52,423 nucleotides of DNA from Syntrophomonas sp. UBA4807 (GCA_002402575.1 DHGD01000149.1:1-52423), one strand, 5' to 3'; counted from the stretch's first letter, positions 12,101 to 27,100 are shown. Notes: a model not told the origin generated them from the sequence alone. Program-made: numbers and translations.

Positions 12101-15100
12101 GATCCGAGCTGCCCGTTGACTGCCGCAATCTGACCCAGAATCAGATCATAAGCTGACCAGTTATTGACAACGAGGTTGGGCAGATAGTCGTTATTGAATA
12201 CTGTAATACTGCCGTTTATTGCGCCAGAACTGGAGGCAGTGATGGTGAGTTCGCCCAGATCCTGATTATACAGTTTGTCCAGTGTGACGGTATTGTTCTC
12301 AGAAGAAAGAACAGCAGTTTCCGCAAAGGCGTCATCCAGTCCGGAATAAACTACAGTTCCATCCTCCTTAATGTCTACGAACATACCGGCTGCAGCGCCG
12401 CCCAGGTGGACAGCGCCGTTGATAGTAACTTTGCCGGTGGAACTCATGGTGCCTTCCCGGTATTCCTTCTCATCCGAGTAGAGGATTTCTTTTACCAGGA
12501 CGTCAACCCATTCAGTGACCTTGGTCCATACCCATTTCACAAACCAGCCGATGATGGGGATCTTACTGACCCATTTTACCAGTTTGTCGACTGTGCGCTG
12601 GATGGTCTTCCACACATAATTGACAACCGTGTTACCTTTGGCGGTAGCATCGCGGAACACAACCTGATCTGTGATCACAGGTGATTCGGCCTTGATAAAC
12701 ATCTTCTGGCTGGCCAGATTCGCACCCTGGGCAACATTCACTACAGCCATGCTGCTGCCCCCTGCTGAGGAAGTGGCGTATACTTTACCGGTCAACCCGA
12801 TTATCTCAGCATAGCTTTCGGAGTGAATGTACATATCTATGACCGCCGCATGGATATCCAGCGTGTCGATGCCTCCTACAAAGGCATTGTTGATGTTGAC
12901 TTCGGTTTTGTCGGTGACTGTTACATAGGATTTGGCCTCGGTAAGTGAGCCTGCCGAAACCGTATAAGATACAGCGTAGGCATGCAGCTTCTGGTACAGA
13001 TAGGAACTAATGTCCGTATTCCTACTGTTAAGGTAACTCTGTGCTCCGCTGCTGCCAATGGTTACGATGGTATCCTCTATGGCGGTGATGCTGGCTTTAC
13101 TTTGATTGCTGCCAGCCAGAGTACCCATGTGGCGATAAGCATATGCATAGATGTCATTTTTGCTGGAAGCATTGATTCCCAAGTCACCGAACAGTGCTGT
13201 AATAACCACTCCGCTGCCTATGGTGGCAGTGGTGTTGGTCTTGAGGTAGGCGCTGGACTCCGGCCCGCTGCCCCCGCTGACCAACCCGTATCCACCCATG
13301 GTGGCAGTGGCATTCTGTTTGGCAGTATCGGCCAGTACGCTGATATAGATGTCGCCATACCTTGAAACGACCCGGGCTCCGTCTCCGGCAGTAAATGTGG
13401 TGTTGCGGTTATTCAGCGCTGTGGCGGCGGAGACTGAACCGAAATCTCCCAAGGCAACCGCATTGGCATTAACCGTCGCAGTAAGGTTGGAGATCGTGGT
13501 GGAGTATATGCTGATGTCTCCCTGGGCTTCCAGCCAGGCCCCTGCCCCCACAGTGGTTGCACCCGTCTGGGAGGCTATGGTGCTGGTGGCAGTGGAACTG
13601 CCTTCACTGGCCAGTCCTGCGTTGGAGGCTGACGTTGATGCTGCGGCAGTAATTGAGTCGCTGGCACTTAGCCAGATATTCTGCCGAGCACTAACCTTGC
13701 CGTTGATCACGGCGGTAGTGCTGTGGTTGAGCACATAGGTTTTGATGGTGTATTTGCCTACCCCTACCAGGCTGATATTGGTGCTATGATTGCTGTAGGC
13801 ACTGAGAACGGTGGTCGAGGCTGCCGCCACATTGACTCCGTCATCAGCTGCGGTGCCTGTGGATATGACCGTGGCATTACTGCCAATGTATGCGCTGACG
13901 GTTCTGGAGTCTACTTTGGCCTCAGAATATATCCCGTTTACATTAGCAGCACTAACCGTGGTATTGGGCTGCTCGGCTATGGCAGTCGCTGTCCCGCTGG
14001 CGTTGGCAATGACATCAACACTGCTGCCTGTCACATTGGCGTTGCCGGCGATCCAGGCCTTGACTGCATCCTGTGTGAAGGCTGCGGTCACCTTTACTAC
14101 TCCCAGGCTGAGCAGGGTCACACTGGTGTCGGGAGCCTGAGCCCGGGAAGTAACCGTACCTCCCAGATCAGCGCCCACGCTTACATCTCCCTGGGTTACT
14201 ATGGTGACATATCCTTCGATGTAAGCATTAACCGTTGATGCAGATTCTGCTTTGGTCATACTAAGATCAGCTGTGGCCAGCGATACATTTGCTCCGCCAT
14301 TGGCACCAGCTTCGGCAGAGGAACTGGTTGACTTGATTATCGATAAGACTGATACCGGGCCGCTGGCCTCAATCGTTCCCGAGCCTGAAATATATGCGTT
14401 CTGGATGACCTTCAGGCTGGATAAGGCTACATTGGCAGCGACCTGGGCCGCCAGACTTAAATTAACTTTAGCGGCGTCTATATCTGCTGTCGCAGTGCTG
14501 CCGGTACCAGTAACTTGAATGTTTATGCCGGCGGCATTTATAATCCCAGACCCTGTAATAAAGGCACTTGCGTCAGTTGCGGTGGTTGCTGTGGCGTAAT
14601 TGACATTCCCTGCCACCAGTCTGACTCCGACGCCATTGCCTGGCTGGGTCGACTTAGCCGTGGAAATAGCCTTATAAGCATTGGTTATAGCCAGTTCATT
14701 TACATATAAAGTCGCGTCGGTACTGTCCAGATAAGCCCCAAAGACTCCTTTAGCATCCGCTGTCATGGTGAGAATGCCCAGACTGGCCAGAGTAAGGGTA
14801 ACATTATCGTTGATAAAACCAGCCTTGGCATATGAGTTAGCTTTGGCCTCTATGGTGAGGTTGCCGTTCTTTTGCTCCAGGCTGCCTAGGTTTGTTCCGG
14901 TGACATAAGCCAGATTAGTTGCGTTGGCAGTGGCAGTAGCGATATTAGCTGCACCGCCTACCAGGCTTATGTCAGCATCAGCACTGCCGCCATTGCCTCC
15001 CAGAGAAGCGATTGCTCCGGCGGTCTCACTGTCCTGGTTCTGCCAGGAATATACATTCACGTTTCCGCTGGTCATGACACTGCTGCCGGAGATATAGGCC

Positions 15101-18100
15101 TTCTGCAGGACACTAAGCGAAGCCTTGGCTATGCTTACGGCTACCTTTACGCCGTTAATCTTTATTGTCGGGGACTCTACTGCAGAATAAGCGCTGACGG
15201 TACCTTGAACCCCAACTGAAACGTTTCCGGTTCCTATTGTTGCATTACTATTTTGTATATACGCCGAGGCAATAGTCGCCGTATCGGCATCAGCGCAGTT
15301 GTCTAGTGCCGAAATGACTGCAACACCAACTCCGAAACTGGGCTGGGACGCAATTGCATTGGCAACCGAGGTGAAGTTGTTATTGACGGTTAAGTTGCCG
15401 CCGCTTAAATCCGAGTCAAGCACATAGGCGGCATAATTACCCTGGGCTGTGGCTTCAAGTACGGTTACACCCAGGGTAAGCAGTCCAAGGCTTACGGCAT
15501 TCTGGTTGACACTGGCATTGGCGTATGACCTGGCCATGCTTTGCACGGTTATAGCTCCTTGAGAGGTAATATCCGCACCGCTGACATAAGCGTGGTTAGT
15601 ATTATTAGCTGTAGCCTTGGCATAATGAACTTCCACACCGATCAGCGATACGTTAGCGCCAATGCCACCGGCACTGCTGCCCAGTTGAGCTACAGCCCCG
15701 GTTTCATTTTGGTCGTTGAGGGTCGAGCCTACCTGCACACTGCCTGCATTTACCTCAGCGCTGTTAATATAGGCTTTCTGCACTGCTTCAAGAGTGGCCT
15801 CGATTACATTAACGGCTATCTTGATGCCGCTGATGGTGATGATGGGGGTTACCACACCGGCATCAGCTGTAGCCTTACCTGTTGCCTGCACCTTAACTAG
15901 GCCGGGGGAATTGATGATTCCATTGCCCCTGATGCTTGCTTCAGCAATGATCCCTACCGATGCCAGGGCGATATTGGTATTAATCTCCATCCCGCTGAAG
16001 GTCCCGCCGACAGGCTGAGTAGTCTTGGCCTTAGCAGATGCTGTATAAGTGTTGGTCACGCTCAGAGATTCCACATTTAGCAAGGCCACCGTGTTCACAT
16101 AGGCTTGATAATTACCGTTGGCGCGAGCGTATAGCAATGCAGTTCCCATGGACATATAGCCGGCCGAAGTGGCTCCTTCCGAAATATCAGCATTGGCGAT
16201 ACTGCTGCCATTGGATATGACCGTCAATGCTCCCGTCATATGGCTTTGGTCACCGAAACTGGCTCCATTAACGTACGCATAGTTTTGGGAATTGGAGACC
16301 GCTATTGCCGAACTTGAAGTAACTCCGTAATAGCTTATGTCTGAACCCAGGGATCCGGCGGCACTCCCCAGTATGGCCCGGGCACCGTTGGCAGGAGATG
16401 CATTGAGGGTCGAGGAAACCGTAGTTGCCCCGGCCTGTTTCACAGTTACATTTTCTATATAGGCTTTCTGTACAGCCTCGAGGGTTGCGGTGAGTATATT
16501 GGCCGCAATTTTAATGCCGCTGATACTCACCGTGGGGGTCATTACTCCAGACTGTGCATCAGCGATACCGGTCACTGTTACATTTATGGTTCCACTGGCA
16601 GATAATATTCCATTGCCCTTGATCGCCGCTTCTGCATTGGTGGTTACCTTGGATACGGCTATATTGCCCTTGATATCTGCCAATGCCGCATGGACTCCGC
16701 CGATAGCCTGAGCGGTTTCTGCCTCGGCCCCCGATGTATAAGTGTTATCAACATTGATTGCTACCGCATTAATAACCCCACCGGTGGTGTCGATATAAGC
16801 CCGGAAATCTCCTTTGGCTTCTGCATAAAGTGTGGTCAACCCCAGTGAGATAAGCCCGATGCTGCTTGCCGACTCCTGAATTGCTGCTACCGCATAGCTC
16901 TTGCTATTGACCTTCACATCCAGTTTTCCCGCCGGCGTTCCTTCTGCGCCGAGGCTTGCACCGGTAATATATGCATAGTTGACGGCGTTGGCTATGGCTT
17001 TGGCGATGTTTATTTTGGCACTGAATAGACTAAAGTCAACACCGGCCCCGTCCAGGGCATTATAGCCTGCCTGGTCGAAATTGCTTCCTAATTCGGCACT
17101 CGCTCCCTCACCTACTCCGTCATTAAGGGTAGATGTTACCTGAACATCGCCTCCGGTGATGATGTCGACTCCCACTATAGAAGCATTCTGGATAGCCTCT
17201 GAACTTGCTGCCACAATGTTAGCCGCAATGTTTATAACATTAACCGAAATACTCGGAGTCCGGGTGAGGGCATGGGCAGTTGCAGTACCATCAGCATTGA
17301 CTTTAACCAAATCGGTGGTTAGTATCCCAGCTCCGGTTAAGGCTGCAGAGGCTTGTGAAGACGCTGTCGCCAAAGCCAGGTTGATACCAATGGTTGCATA
17401 TGAAGCTTGCACCCCGCCTGCGGAAGGAGTCACATCGGCAGTGGCATTGGCGGTATATATAGTCTCTACGATCAGTGTATCGGCCTTGATTGAATTGTTT
17501 TGAGGTATATTTACTATGGCTTCAAATCTGGCCTGGGAATAAGCGACACCCACCATGACATTGGCAGTAACTGCGCTTACGCTTAAATTAGTAATTCCAG
17601 AAAGCACATCGGCCTTTCCATAACTGCCAACTGCTATATTGCCACCGGTCACATCGACACTAAGCGCATTTACTGTCGCCAGGCTTTGCGACCGGCCATA
17701 AGCCACTGCTACGTTAGCGGTCACGGTGATGAGCCCGCCGGAGCCGGTGATCAGATTAGCTACACTGCTCGCTTCAGTTGCGTTGTCGTTCAGCTTGGAA
17801 ATAACCGCGAGCGATCCGGCTTTAATATGGCCGCCGGAGATCAGAGCGCTCTGTTCGCTCCTGAGCAGGGACACAGCAACAGAAGCCGCTACGCTGATTG
17901 CTCCGGCACTGATGCCTATAACCTTGGCTTCGGCAGCGGCGTTTCCGTGAGCCCCCACATTAAGGGCATTATCCGCGGTCAGATTGCCGCTGCCCGTTAT
18001 CACAGCTTTGTTGATCGTATCGTTGTCTGCTATGGCGGCGTTGATGTTGACTGATATCAAACCTACCGAACCTGCTATTGCAGTGGACTCTGCCGAGGAT

Positions 18101-21100
18101 TTATTGCGCTGCCCTTCCCCGTCTCTACCGGCAAAAACATTGAAATTCCTGGCTCTCATCGTCACGCCGGTGGTATCTAGCATAGCAAGGTTAGTGGAGG
18201 CAAGTCTTACATAACTGACGGTAACCCCGACTGCGGTCATTCCAACAGTAGCTGCTGCCAGGAAAGAGTCTGCCTGGGAAATCATATAAGCATCGACATT
18301 GACATCACCTGCAGCGGCAACCGGCATTTGGTTAATGGCCGCATAAGCGACGGTATTGTTGAAGACCAAGAGGACATTGCCATTAACGGCTACGGAGCTC
18401 AATCCTGAAACTGACAGAACCGTGCTGGAGGCAGTAGTATTGGTGTTATTTTGCACTGTAACATCGACCGCCCGCAGGCTGCCGGTGGTGCCGGTGGATG
18501 CGCCCGCGGTGGGGGTTGATTTATAAGGTGTGGTGCCGATATAGGTCAGAATGGTGGGATCGAGTATGGAAATGGCTGCTGACAGCCCCACGGTAACCCC
18601 GCCACCCAGTGCAGCACCAACGATGTAAGCATCGGCTTCGGTATCAACTGTTGCTAATACTTTAACATTGCCAGTTGATTTCAGGCTGACACCCTGACCG
18701 ATAAAGGTCTCTATCAGACTTCGGTTGATAGCCAGTGACAAGGCACCGTTGACCGCTACTCCTCCCGCCGAAATGGCTGCTGCCAGGGTGGTGGCATCGG
18801 TGGTGGCCTGAGAGAGAACGTTTACATCTCCGACTTCATAGCCGGCTTCACCCGGCACGCCAATCTGCGCGTCGCCGACAATAGCTGAAGAAACCGAACC
18901 GTTGAATGCCACTGTGGCTACGGATACGCTGACACCCACCACGCCACCAGATCCTGCCAAGGTTGCAGCTATTACCTGCGGGTAGTCACTTACCGCTTTA
19001 ACGGTCAAAGAATCCGCTTTGATAACGTCGCCCTCAATATAGGCTTTAACATTGGAGTTAAGTACCACAACGCCTGCCGCGACCCCTACCCCGGCAAACC
19101 CACCGGCCCCGGTGAATGAGATGGCGCGAATGGTTAAGTCTGCAACGGTAACATCCTCGGTGTCTTCGCTGTTTTGTGCATTGATGGCCCCTTCCAGGGC
19201 AGCATTTTTATCCGGGTCAGCGGCAACAGGAGTGGAACCACCTCGGGCGTACACTGTGATATCGCCTGCCGCGGAAAGTACAGCTCCGTCTTCTACATAG
19301 GCCAGGACGTTGCTGTATAGAATGCCTACCGCCATGCCCACTCCTACTCCGGCGTATGCTCCACCGGCTACAGTCGCGGTCACCATATCAGCGGTCATAT
19401 TGTCATGCGCTGAAACCAGGATATCTTCGGCACTTCTAACAACCGCATTTTGTCCAATAAAAGCACTAGTGGAATCGGATGGATTATAATCAGGCTGAGT
19501 TTCGCCCAGCTTGCCGGCGTTGTTCAGGTCCGCATTGCTTTCTTCATCAGCTTCGAATTCTGCTCCAGGCTGATCGCCATCCTGATACTCTTCATTGAAG
19601 GAGGGATCTCGGTAGCCGGTAGTGCCGTCGAATACTATTTGGGTTTCCCAGATGGGCCGGCCATACTCATCAAACATGAGGTTGCCGCCATTATCCTTTT
19701 TTTGAACTTTGACCAGGTTGCCGTTAGTATCTTTTTCGTATACGTATTCTTCGTGGCCGGTATTATCGTCGCTGACCTTGGAGCCGTCACCTTGCAATTT
19801 ATTTGCCAGCCTGTCACCGTCGTATTCCTGATAGTATGCCCCAGTGACTCCGGGTGACTTCGCGGACTGATCACCCATTACAGCATGAGGATCAAATGTG
19901 TTTACTGAATTTCCATCTTCATCAGTTCCGCTCTGTAATGAATCTGAAGCATCCTGGTTGAGCTTGCCGCCGATGACTGCCACCATCAGGGTCACTCCCA
20001 CTCCGGCATTCCCGCCTACTGCCAGGGTGCCTGCATACATATGCAGGTCGCGGTTGGAACTGGCCAGCAAGGTAACATCGCCTGCAGTGGTGGTGATGCG
20101 GTTGGCTTCCCCGATGTATGCCGTCACTGTATTGCTGGCGATAGTCAGCATGGCAGTCACACCTACGCCTGCTGTGCCGCCTATGGCCGCTGAAACCGCT
20201 ACCCCTACGAATTCATAATCATCTGTGGCCTTTAAGGTGAGGCTGCCGGCATTGATACAGACACCCGCCGTTGTCTCAGTAGCACCTTCGGTATAAGCCT
20301 GGGTTACCACCTCGGTTATAACTATATCCACGCTCCCTGATACCCCGGCTGTGCCGCCCCCGGATACCCCGGCTACATCTGCGCTAACAAATTCTATGGA
20401 TTCAGCCGCAACGGTCATCAGACCGGTCACATCAACCATTGCTCCGGCCACGACTTTGGCGATGGTTTTGCCGGTGAAATAGGTCACTACTGCAGCGCCG
20501 CCGACCCCTGCACTACCACCTACCGAAATAGCAGCCGCTATATTTAAAAGGAATTCATCACTGACAGCTTGGACATCAATACTGCCGCCTGCCTGCACCG
20601 TTCCGCCCAGTTCGGCTGTTACATCATTCATGAATATAAGTACACTGCCGCCGAGTCCTACCGAAACATTACTGCCAGCACTGAAAGTCACCGCCACCAG
20701 GTTAAGATCATCCGAGGCTTTGGCTGATACGGTGATGTTTCCCGTCGCTGTGGTGCTACCGCTCAAGCCTACGCTAGCTTTCACTTCCTTGTCAAATACC
20801 ACGGTCACTATGGTGGCGCCCACTCCGGTTGAGCCGGATACAGCTACCGCGCCGCCGAAATTGTATATAATAGAAGCATCATCAGCTTCTATATATATGT
20901 CTCCTGGAGATGATTCCCCGTCTTCTGAACCATCTCCGTCCTTATCATCTGAAGGTGAGGTGCCTGACCGCATCCGGGTATTGTTGCCTACATGAGCGTT
21001 TACTCGGTTCATTACCACTAATGTATCGATGACGCCGGATACTGCTGCCGATGATGCTCCGCTGGCCCCGATACCCAGCATCAGAATCTGTTCTGAGCCC

Positions 21101-24100
21101 TGGGCGCTGACAATTATTCCTTTGCGCCGATTTTGGCGGTTGGGAGTGAGAATTCCGGCTTCACTTCCTGTTGCCAGGGCGTAAGCGGTTACATCGGTAT
21201 TGTTTCCGGCACTGGCGTTGACTTCATTTCTCAGTACTGCGGTTACGATGGTGGCACCTACACCGGTCCCACCGGCCATAGAAGCATTGGCTGCTGCCAG
21301 ATATACGTTGCTGGCATGATCAGCAACAATTCCCACCGAGTCATAAGCCTTAATCGTGCTTCCATCTCCGAGGGAAGAGGTAGTATGGTTTTGTGCTACG
21401 GTAGTCTGGATGTTGCCGCTGATGGCGGTTGATGAGGGTGAAATTCCGCCTGCGGCAGTGATGACCAATGTCCAATCCTTGGAGACCGCCTGAACCAAAA
21501 CGCTGCCGCTCCTGGAAATAAGCAAGGCCTCGATACCGGTGGTGGCCTGGGTCAAGCGGTTAAACACGTTCACGCTGATAGTAGCTCCCACTGCTGCACC
21601 CGAACCGGAAACAGCCACTCCGACCAAAACGGTGATCATTTTGGAATTGCTTTCGGCTTTGACATTCACATCACCGTCGGCGGTAATACGTGCAAAGTCT
21701 CCAACAGCAGCCACACTCTTGGCGTTTGTAACTAGTACGTTTACACTTCCTGCCACCGCAGTACCCTGAGAAGCCCCGGAAGCTGAAGCCAGGGTACTGA
21801 TAAGTTTCTCTATATTAGAGGAAGAAATGGTAACTTCCCCGCCGCTAATTATCTCTGCATATTCGCCCAGAAGAGCCTGGGCCTGGTTGCCGGTAACTAT
21901 AACCGCCACGGTACCGCCGGCGGCTACACCGGAGCCGGAGCTGGCATCTACCGCAACGGAAGCGGAGACCAGTAGGAGGTAGGCATCGTTGGCAGCCTTA
22001 ATGGCTACGTTGCCGGCAGCATCTATAACAGATCTGTTCCCTGCCATGGCCAACACTTGATTTTCGGACACGATGACCGTGAGCCCGCCGCCAACCGTGG
22101 CACCAGAACCACTACCCCCGGTCTTGACAGCAGCGGCAACTGTAATCGACCAGGCATCCACATCTGATTTGGCACTGATGTTTACATTACCGGCAGCTAC
22201 ATTGACCGAGCCGTCTGCCCCAATGGTAGCTGTCACCAGGTCGTTGTTGGTGATGACAGCTACATTCAGTCCCACACCAGCAGTAGCAGAGGATACTGAA
22301 AGTGCACCGCCGATAATGCGGGCATTGTTATCAGAGGAAGCTGTAATATCGAAATCTCCTGAAGTGATTGTTATCTTGGCTCGATCACCTATTGTCGCCG
22401 CCGTTTCACTGTTCTGGAAAAGCATTGACACGGAACCGGCCATAGCCAGTTTGCTGTCTGTTCCTCCCACTATGGTACCGGCAGCTGCCGACGCATAGTA
22501 ATTGACGCTCCCTAGGAAACTGGTGAGCTGAGCGATATCAACCAGGTCTTCCGTTTTAACATTCATGGTCACGCCGAATTTATTGCTGCCGGTTCCATTG
22601 GTGGTTACATTGATGATGCCTTCCTGTCCGCTGGCAGCATCGGCGGTGAATAGTTCCGACAATTCAAAGGGCAGGCCCCAGTCACTGATGGTAACCGGTT
22701 TCTTCTCTGCGTTCATGGTAAAGGATTGAGCGGTGACTTCTACATCGTCCCCCAGGATCACCAGGACTTTATTCTCTGCATACAAGATAGCGAAAGCCGC
22801 GCCCACTCCCACGGTGGTTCCTTTGGACAGCACCGCTGCCATAGCTGCTGCTGAGAGCTTGGATTTATCAGTAGCTTCGAGGTTGATATGGCCGTTTAAG
22901 GCTGTAAGGACGGAGCCATCCGCTATTATGACGCTGCTTTCTCCGCCTGCCACTACTATGGCCAGTGAACCGGCTACCCCGGCCTTGCCGCCGGATCCGG
23001 AGATACTCCCTGAAATGCCCAGGGCTCCGTATTTGCCCCGGTAGACACCGTCCATATTCTGGGTCAGTTCCGCGTCTGCGGTAATATCTCCGTCGGCTGC
23101 CGTAACTGCACCGTCAATGGCAACCCGAGCGGCATTCTTATTTACTGAAACCGCTACCCCGACACCGATTGAGTTGCTATTCTGCATGAGGGTAGCGGCA
23201 ACGCCGGTGCCGACAGTACTGAAGTTACCATTGTTGGTTGTTATGGCATCAATGGTTTTAGCTGCCAAGCTGCCGCTGATACTGGCCAGAGCCTCATGCT
23301 GGGTGACATTGACACCGACCGCGGCTGCTACATGGACCTTCTGACTATTCTGTGCCGAAGAATCGGTATTGCTGCCAGAAAGAGTGCCACCAACGGTGCT
23401 GCCGGTGGTGGCACCGCCGTTACTGCTGCTGCCGCTGGCAGTCTCGTTTATTATACTGCTTAAATTACCATCATTAGCCGATGCAGAGGCCTGGCTGGTG
23501 GATGTACTCGAAGCGTTCTGTGCGTGCAGAGCGTTGGTAGACACCGGCAGGGTGCTGCTGACTTCAGAGCCCCCGCTGCTTCCGGTACTGCTGAGCCTGC
23601 CGCTGATGAGCGAAGAGGTATTGTTGCCGGCGGTACTGGTTGAGGTTCCATTGGTATTGTTGGTTTTGAGGTTCTGGGCGGCACGGAATTTGGACAGGTA
23701 GCGGTCCAGATCCGCCCCCATCGCCACTGCCAATGCGTTGGCTTCGTCTTCATCATAAGTTGCGGCAGCCACTTTCGCCCTGCCGTTAATGGTACCATGA
23801 CCTGCAAAGCTGGCGACCACCGTGGAGAGGGCGATATTTACCGCTACCGCCGCACCGACTGAGGTGGAATTGCCGACGGCGAATCCGCTGGCATTGGTCT
23901 GGGTCTCCCCGCTCTGTCTGGCATACAGGTAGAAGTTTACTTTTTCCCCTACTTTATCGGTTTCTATAGTATCCGCGGCGGCAGTAGTGTTGATTTGAGA
24001 ACCCTGGCCCACATAAGCTTTAACATCATTCTGAATCAGGCTTACCGATACCGAAGCATCAACTGAGATGTCTTTGGGGGTGGTGGTGCTGGTCGACCCG

Positions 24101-27100
24101 GAGCTCGAACCACTGTTGGTAGCTGCGCTGCGAGCCACCGGGTCTGAACCGGAGACGCTTACGGTGTCCAGATCATTCTGGGCGAGGGACGATATCTTAA
24201 TGCTGGCCGCGTCCACCCGGCGATTGCATCCGATCCCGGCGTAGACGGTAAGATCGGCGATGCTCAGCGCAAAGGCTGCTCCCACACCAACCGTCTTGTT
24301 ATCGGGGGACCCTGAAGTGGTTCCACTTCCGGAAGCACTGGTAGTGTCGGCTGTGCCATTGTTGGTGGCAGTGCTGCCATTGGTGGCCGCCTTGTTTTTA
24401 TCCGCCCTTCCCTTGCCATCAGCGGAAGAACTGGCGGTGGTGTATACCTTCTGGGCTCCATTGGCGGTAATGATTATGTCACCGCTGATATTTATATCTT
24501 CTCCTTCTCTGAGAGCACTGCGGTCGGCTATTACGGCCTGGGTTAGACCATTGACCACGGAAATGGCTGCCGAACCTGCCACTCCCACGTTGGCCGCCCC
24601 CACACCGGAAACCGTCTGGGTGGAGATCTTGTGGCCAATGCCATCCAGTTCATCATTACTGCCCAGTATGGCGGCGATAGCCTTGACCGCCAGAGCGATT
24701 ATATCGTTGCGCTGTTGTGGGTCTTTGAATTTTTCCAGGGTGGCTTGAAAATAGGCCGGGTTGTTCTTGACCACATTGACCAGGACTTGAGCATCTGCCA
24801 GGCCGGCAGCTATATAGGATATAGTATCCATAACCACATCTTGGAAATCTTCATTTACACTGTCGGCCACATCGGTGCCGTTTAATGATGCTTGCAGGCG
24901 GGCGGCAATAACCGGAGCCAGAGCGGCAGCCATTTCATCCAGGCTGGTGCCTTCCGGCAGGGTTATCCCCCGGGATGTGATCTGGTCTTTGATATATGTC
25001 TCCAAAGTGGTGCCGGGGCCATTCAGTTCTTCTAATACCCCGTTGGCAAGCTCCGCTGCATTCAGTATCTCTAAGAGCTGTCCCACCAGTTCTTCCAGGG
25101 TCTTCTTGGCTTCCTCTTCATATATATCTGCAGATATTGTCAGGCTGGTGCCTTTCAGTTTGCAGTCGCCCACATAAGCAGTATTTTCATAAGTGACTAT
25201 ATTGATTGCAACTGCCACCCCTACCCCGGTTGTGGAGTTGGTAGCGGAGGCATTGGCCACAATAGCTGCGTCAGTATCGTTCTTACTGGAGATGACTATT
25301 TCGCCTTCAGACTCAACCACGATCCCGTCAGCAATGACCACCCGAGAAATGTTCTTCTGTATATTGAGCGTAAAGGTAGCTGCCAGCTGTACGCTTCCTT
25401 CGGAGGTCTCCGCCTTCTGCCGGTTTGCGGTCAGGCTGTTGACCGAGCTTCCAGTTACATTCTTTGTGCCGGCCGCATCAGCCATATTAGAAGCTGCCTG
25501 AGTATTGTCATCAGCTATGGCATCAGCTTCACCTTCTTTGAACAGATTAGCAAAATCCTCGCTATAATCATCTTCTTCGGGGGGTGTGGTCTCGCCACCC
25601 TCTTCAAACAGATTGGAGATTCCGTCATAGGGATCGTCCGGGTCAGGGTCAGGGTCAGGGTCAGGATCGCCTGAATCCGTACTATCGCCCGACAATGTTC
25701 CACTGTCGGTGCTTGATGTATTGCTGGCTGTACTTCCTGTAGTGGTCGTGCTGGTTGCTCCGGAAGCACTGGCCTTGCCATTGGCAGTCAGTCTGCTCAC
25801 TGAATCAGCCTTAACATAGACCTTTCTTCCTCTTATACTGCGCCCCTGTGTAGCCGTAGCACTATCATTGATAATGTCGATAATAAATGTCCCCCCGGCT
25901 CCAACGCCGCCGCCTACTGCAGCCGCATCGGCCAGAATGTTGCGGGTGATCTGATTTGCTGCGGTAATATTAACATCACCACCGAATATTAGTAGCGCGT
26001 CGCTGTTATTGGTGCCGGTGTTGGCATCCACATAAATTCCGGATATATCCAGGGCCAGGACCGGCACAATGGCAGTTCCTCCTGAAGCTCCAGCTTTGGC
26101 GGTCATTTTCTCGCTCCCATTATATGAGGCAGTTACGTTCATAGCATCCAAGACCGTTTCGTCCAGGGCGCGCCTGATCGATACCGCATCACCGATGTTA
26201 GCGAAACTGTCCACACCGATGACCGCAATGGCTATACCTGCGCCTATGCCCACCGAGTCTGAGGAGGGGCTTCCAGCTGTGGTTCCCTTGGAAACATTAC
26301 TGTTTCCTGACTTCCCGGCCGCATCAGCTACCGTAACCAATTTGCTTTGGGACACATCCGCCTTAACATTCAGACTGCCGCCACTCAAGATTATATCCTC
26401 ATTCAGCTCGGCGCTGTTTTGGGCCTTTAGCACATGCACTGTCAGGGCTCCCGCCAGGCCCAGATCGGCTGCAGTGAAACCGGCCCTGGAAATAGCTGCT
26501 GAAGAAAGGTTGGCGCTTAGAGCTGTAATATCCAACCCGCCAGCTTTTATCGGGGTTGAGGCAGCACTGACAAAAGCTTCATTATTATAATTAACCACTG
26601 TCACTGCCACTCCCACACCCAGAGCGATGCTGCCGGTGCGTGAAGCAGTCGGTTTAGTCGCGCTGCCTGCTTCAAAAATGGCTCCCAGACCAATCCTGGC
26701 TGCATCAGTATTCGGCATGGAGAACTGGTATATTCCCGCTGCGGTGGGAATTATGGTGGTAGTGCCAATTTTTAGACTGTTGGCCTTTAAGCGGTATCCC
26801 TCGGCGGCAATTATCTCTACGTAAAGAGCCGTCCCCACCTGTACCTGTGCCGACAATACCGTGTTGGCAGGATCATTAGATACGATGACATTGCCGTCCT
26901 TGTCCTTCACGGTTACTGTGCCGTTGATGATGTTATCCAGATACAGTTCCTTGGCAACACCCTCAAAATTGACTTTGACAATAACATTGGCGGCTGGCAT
27001 GGTGAGGCGATACTGATTGGTCTGGCCTTCAACCTGTTGGGCTGCAAAAGTGGTTTCGCTCCCTGCTGCACCGGTATAGGTGACCAGGACCTCCGTAACA

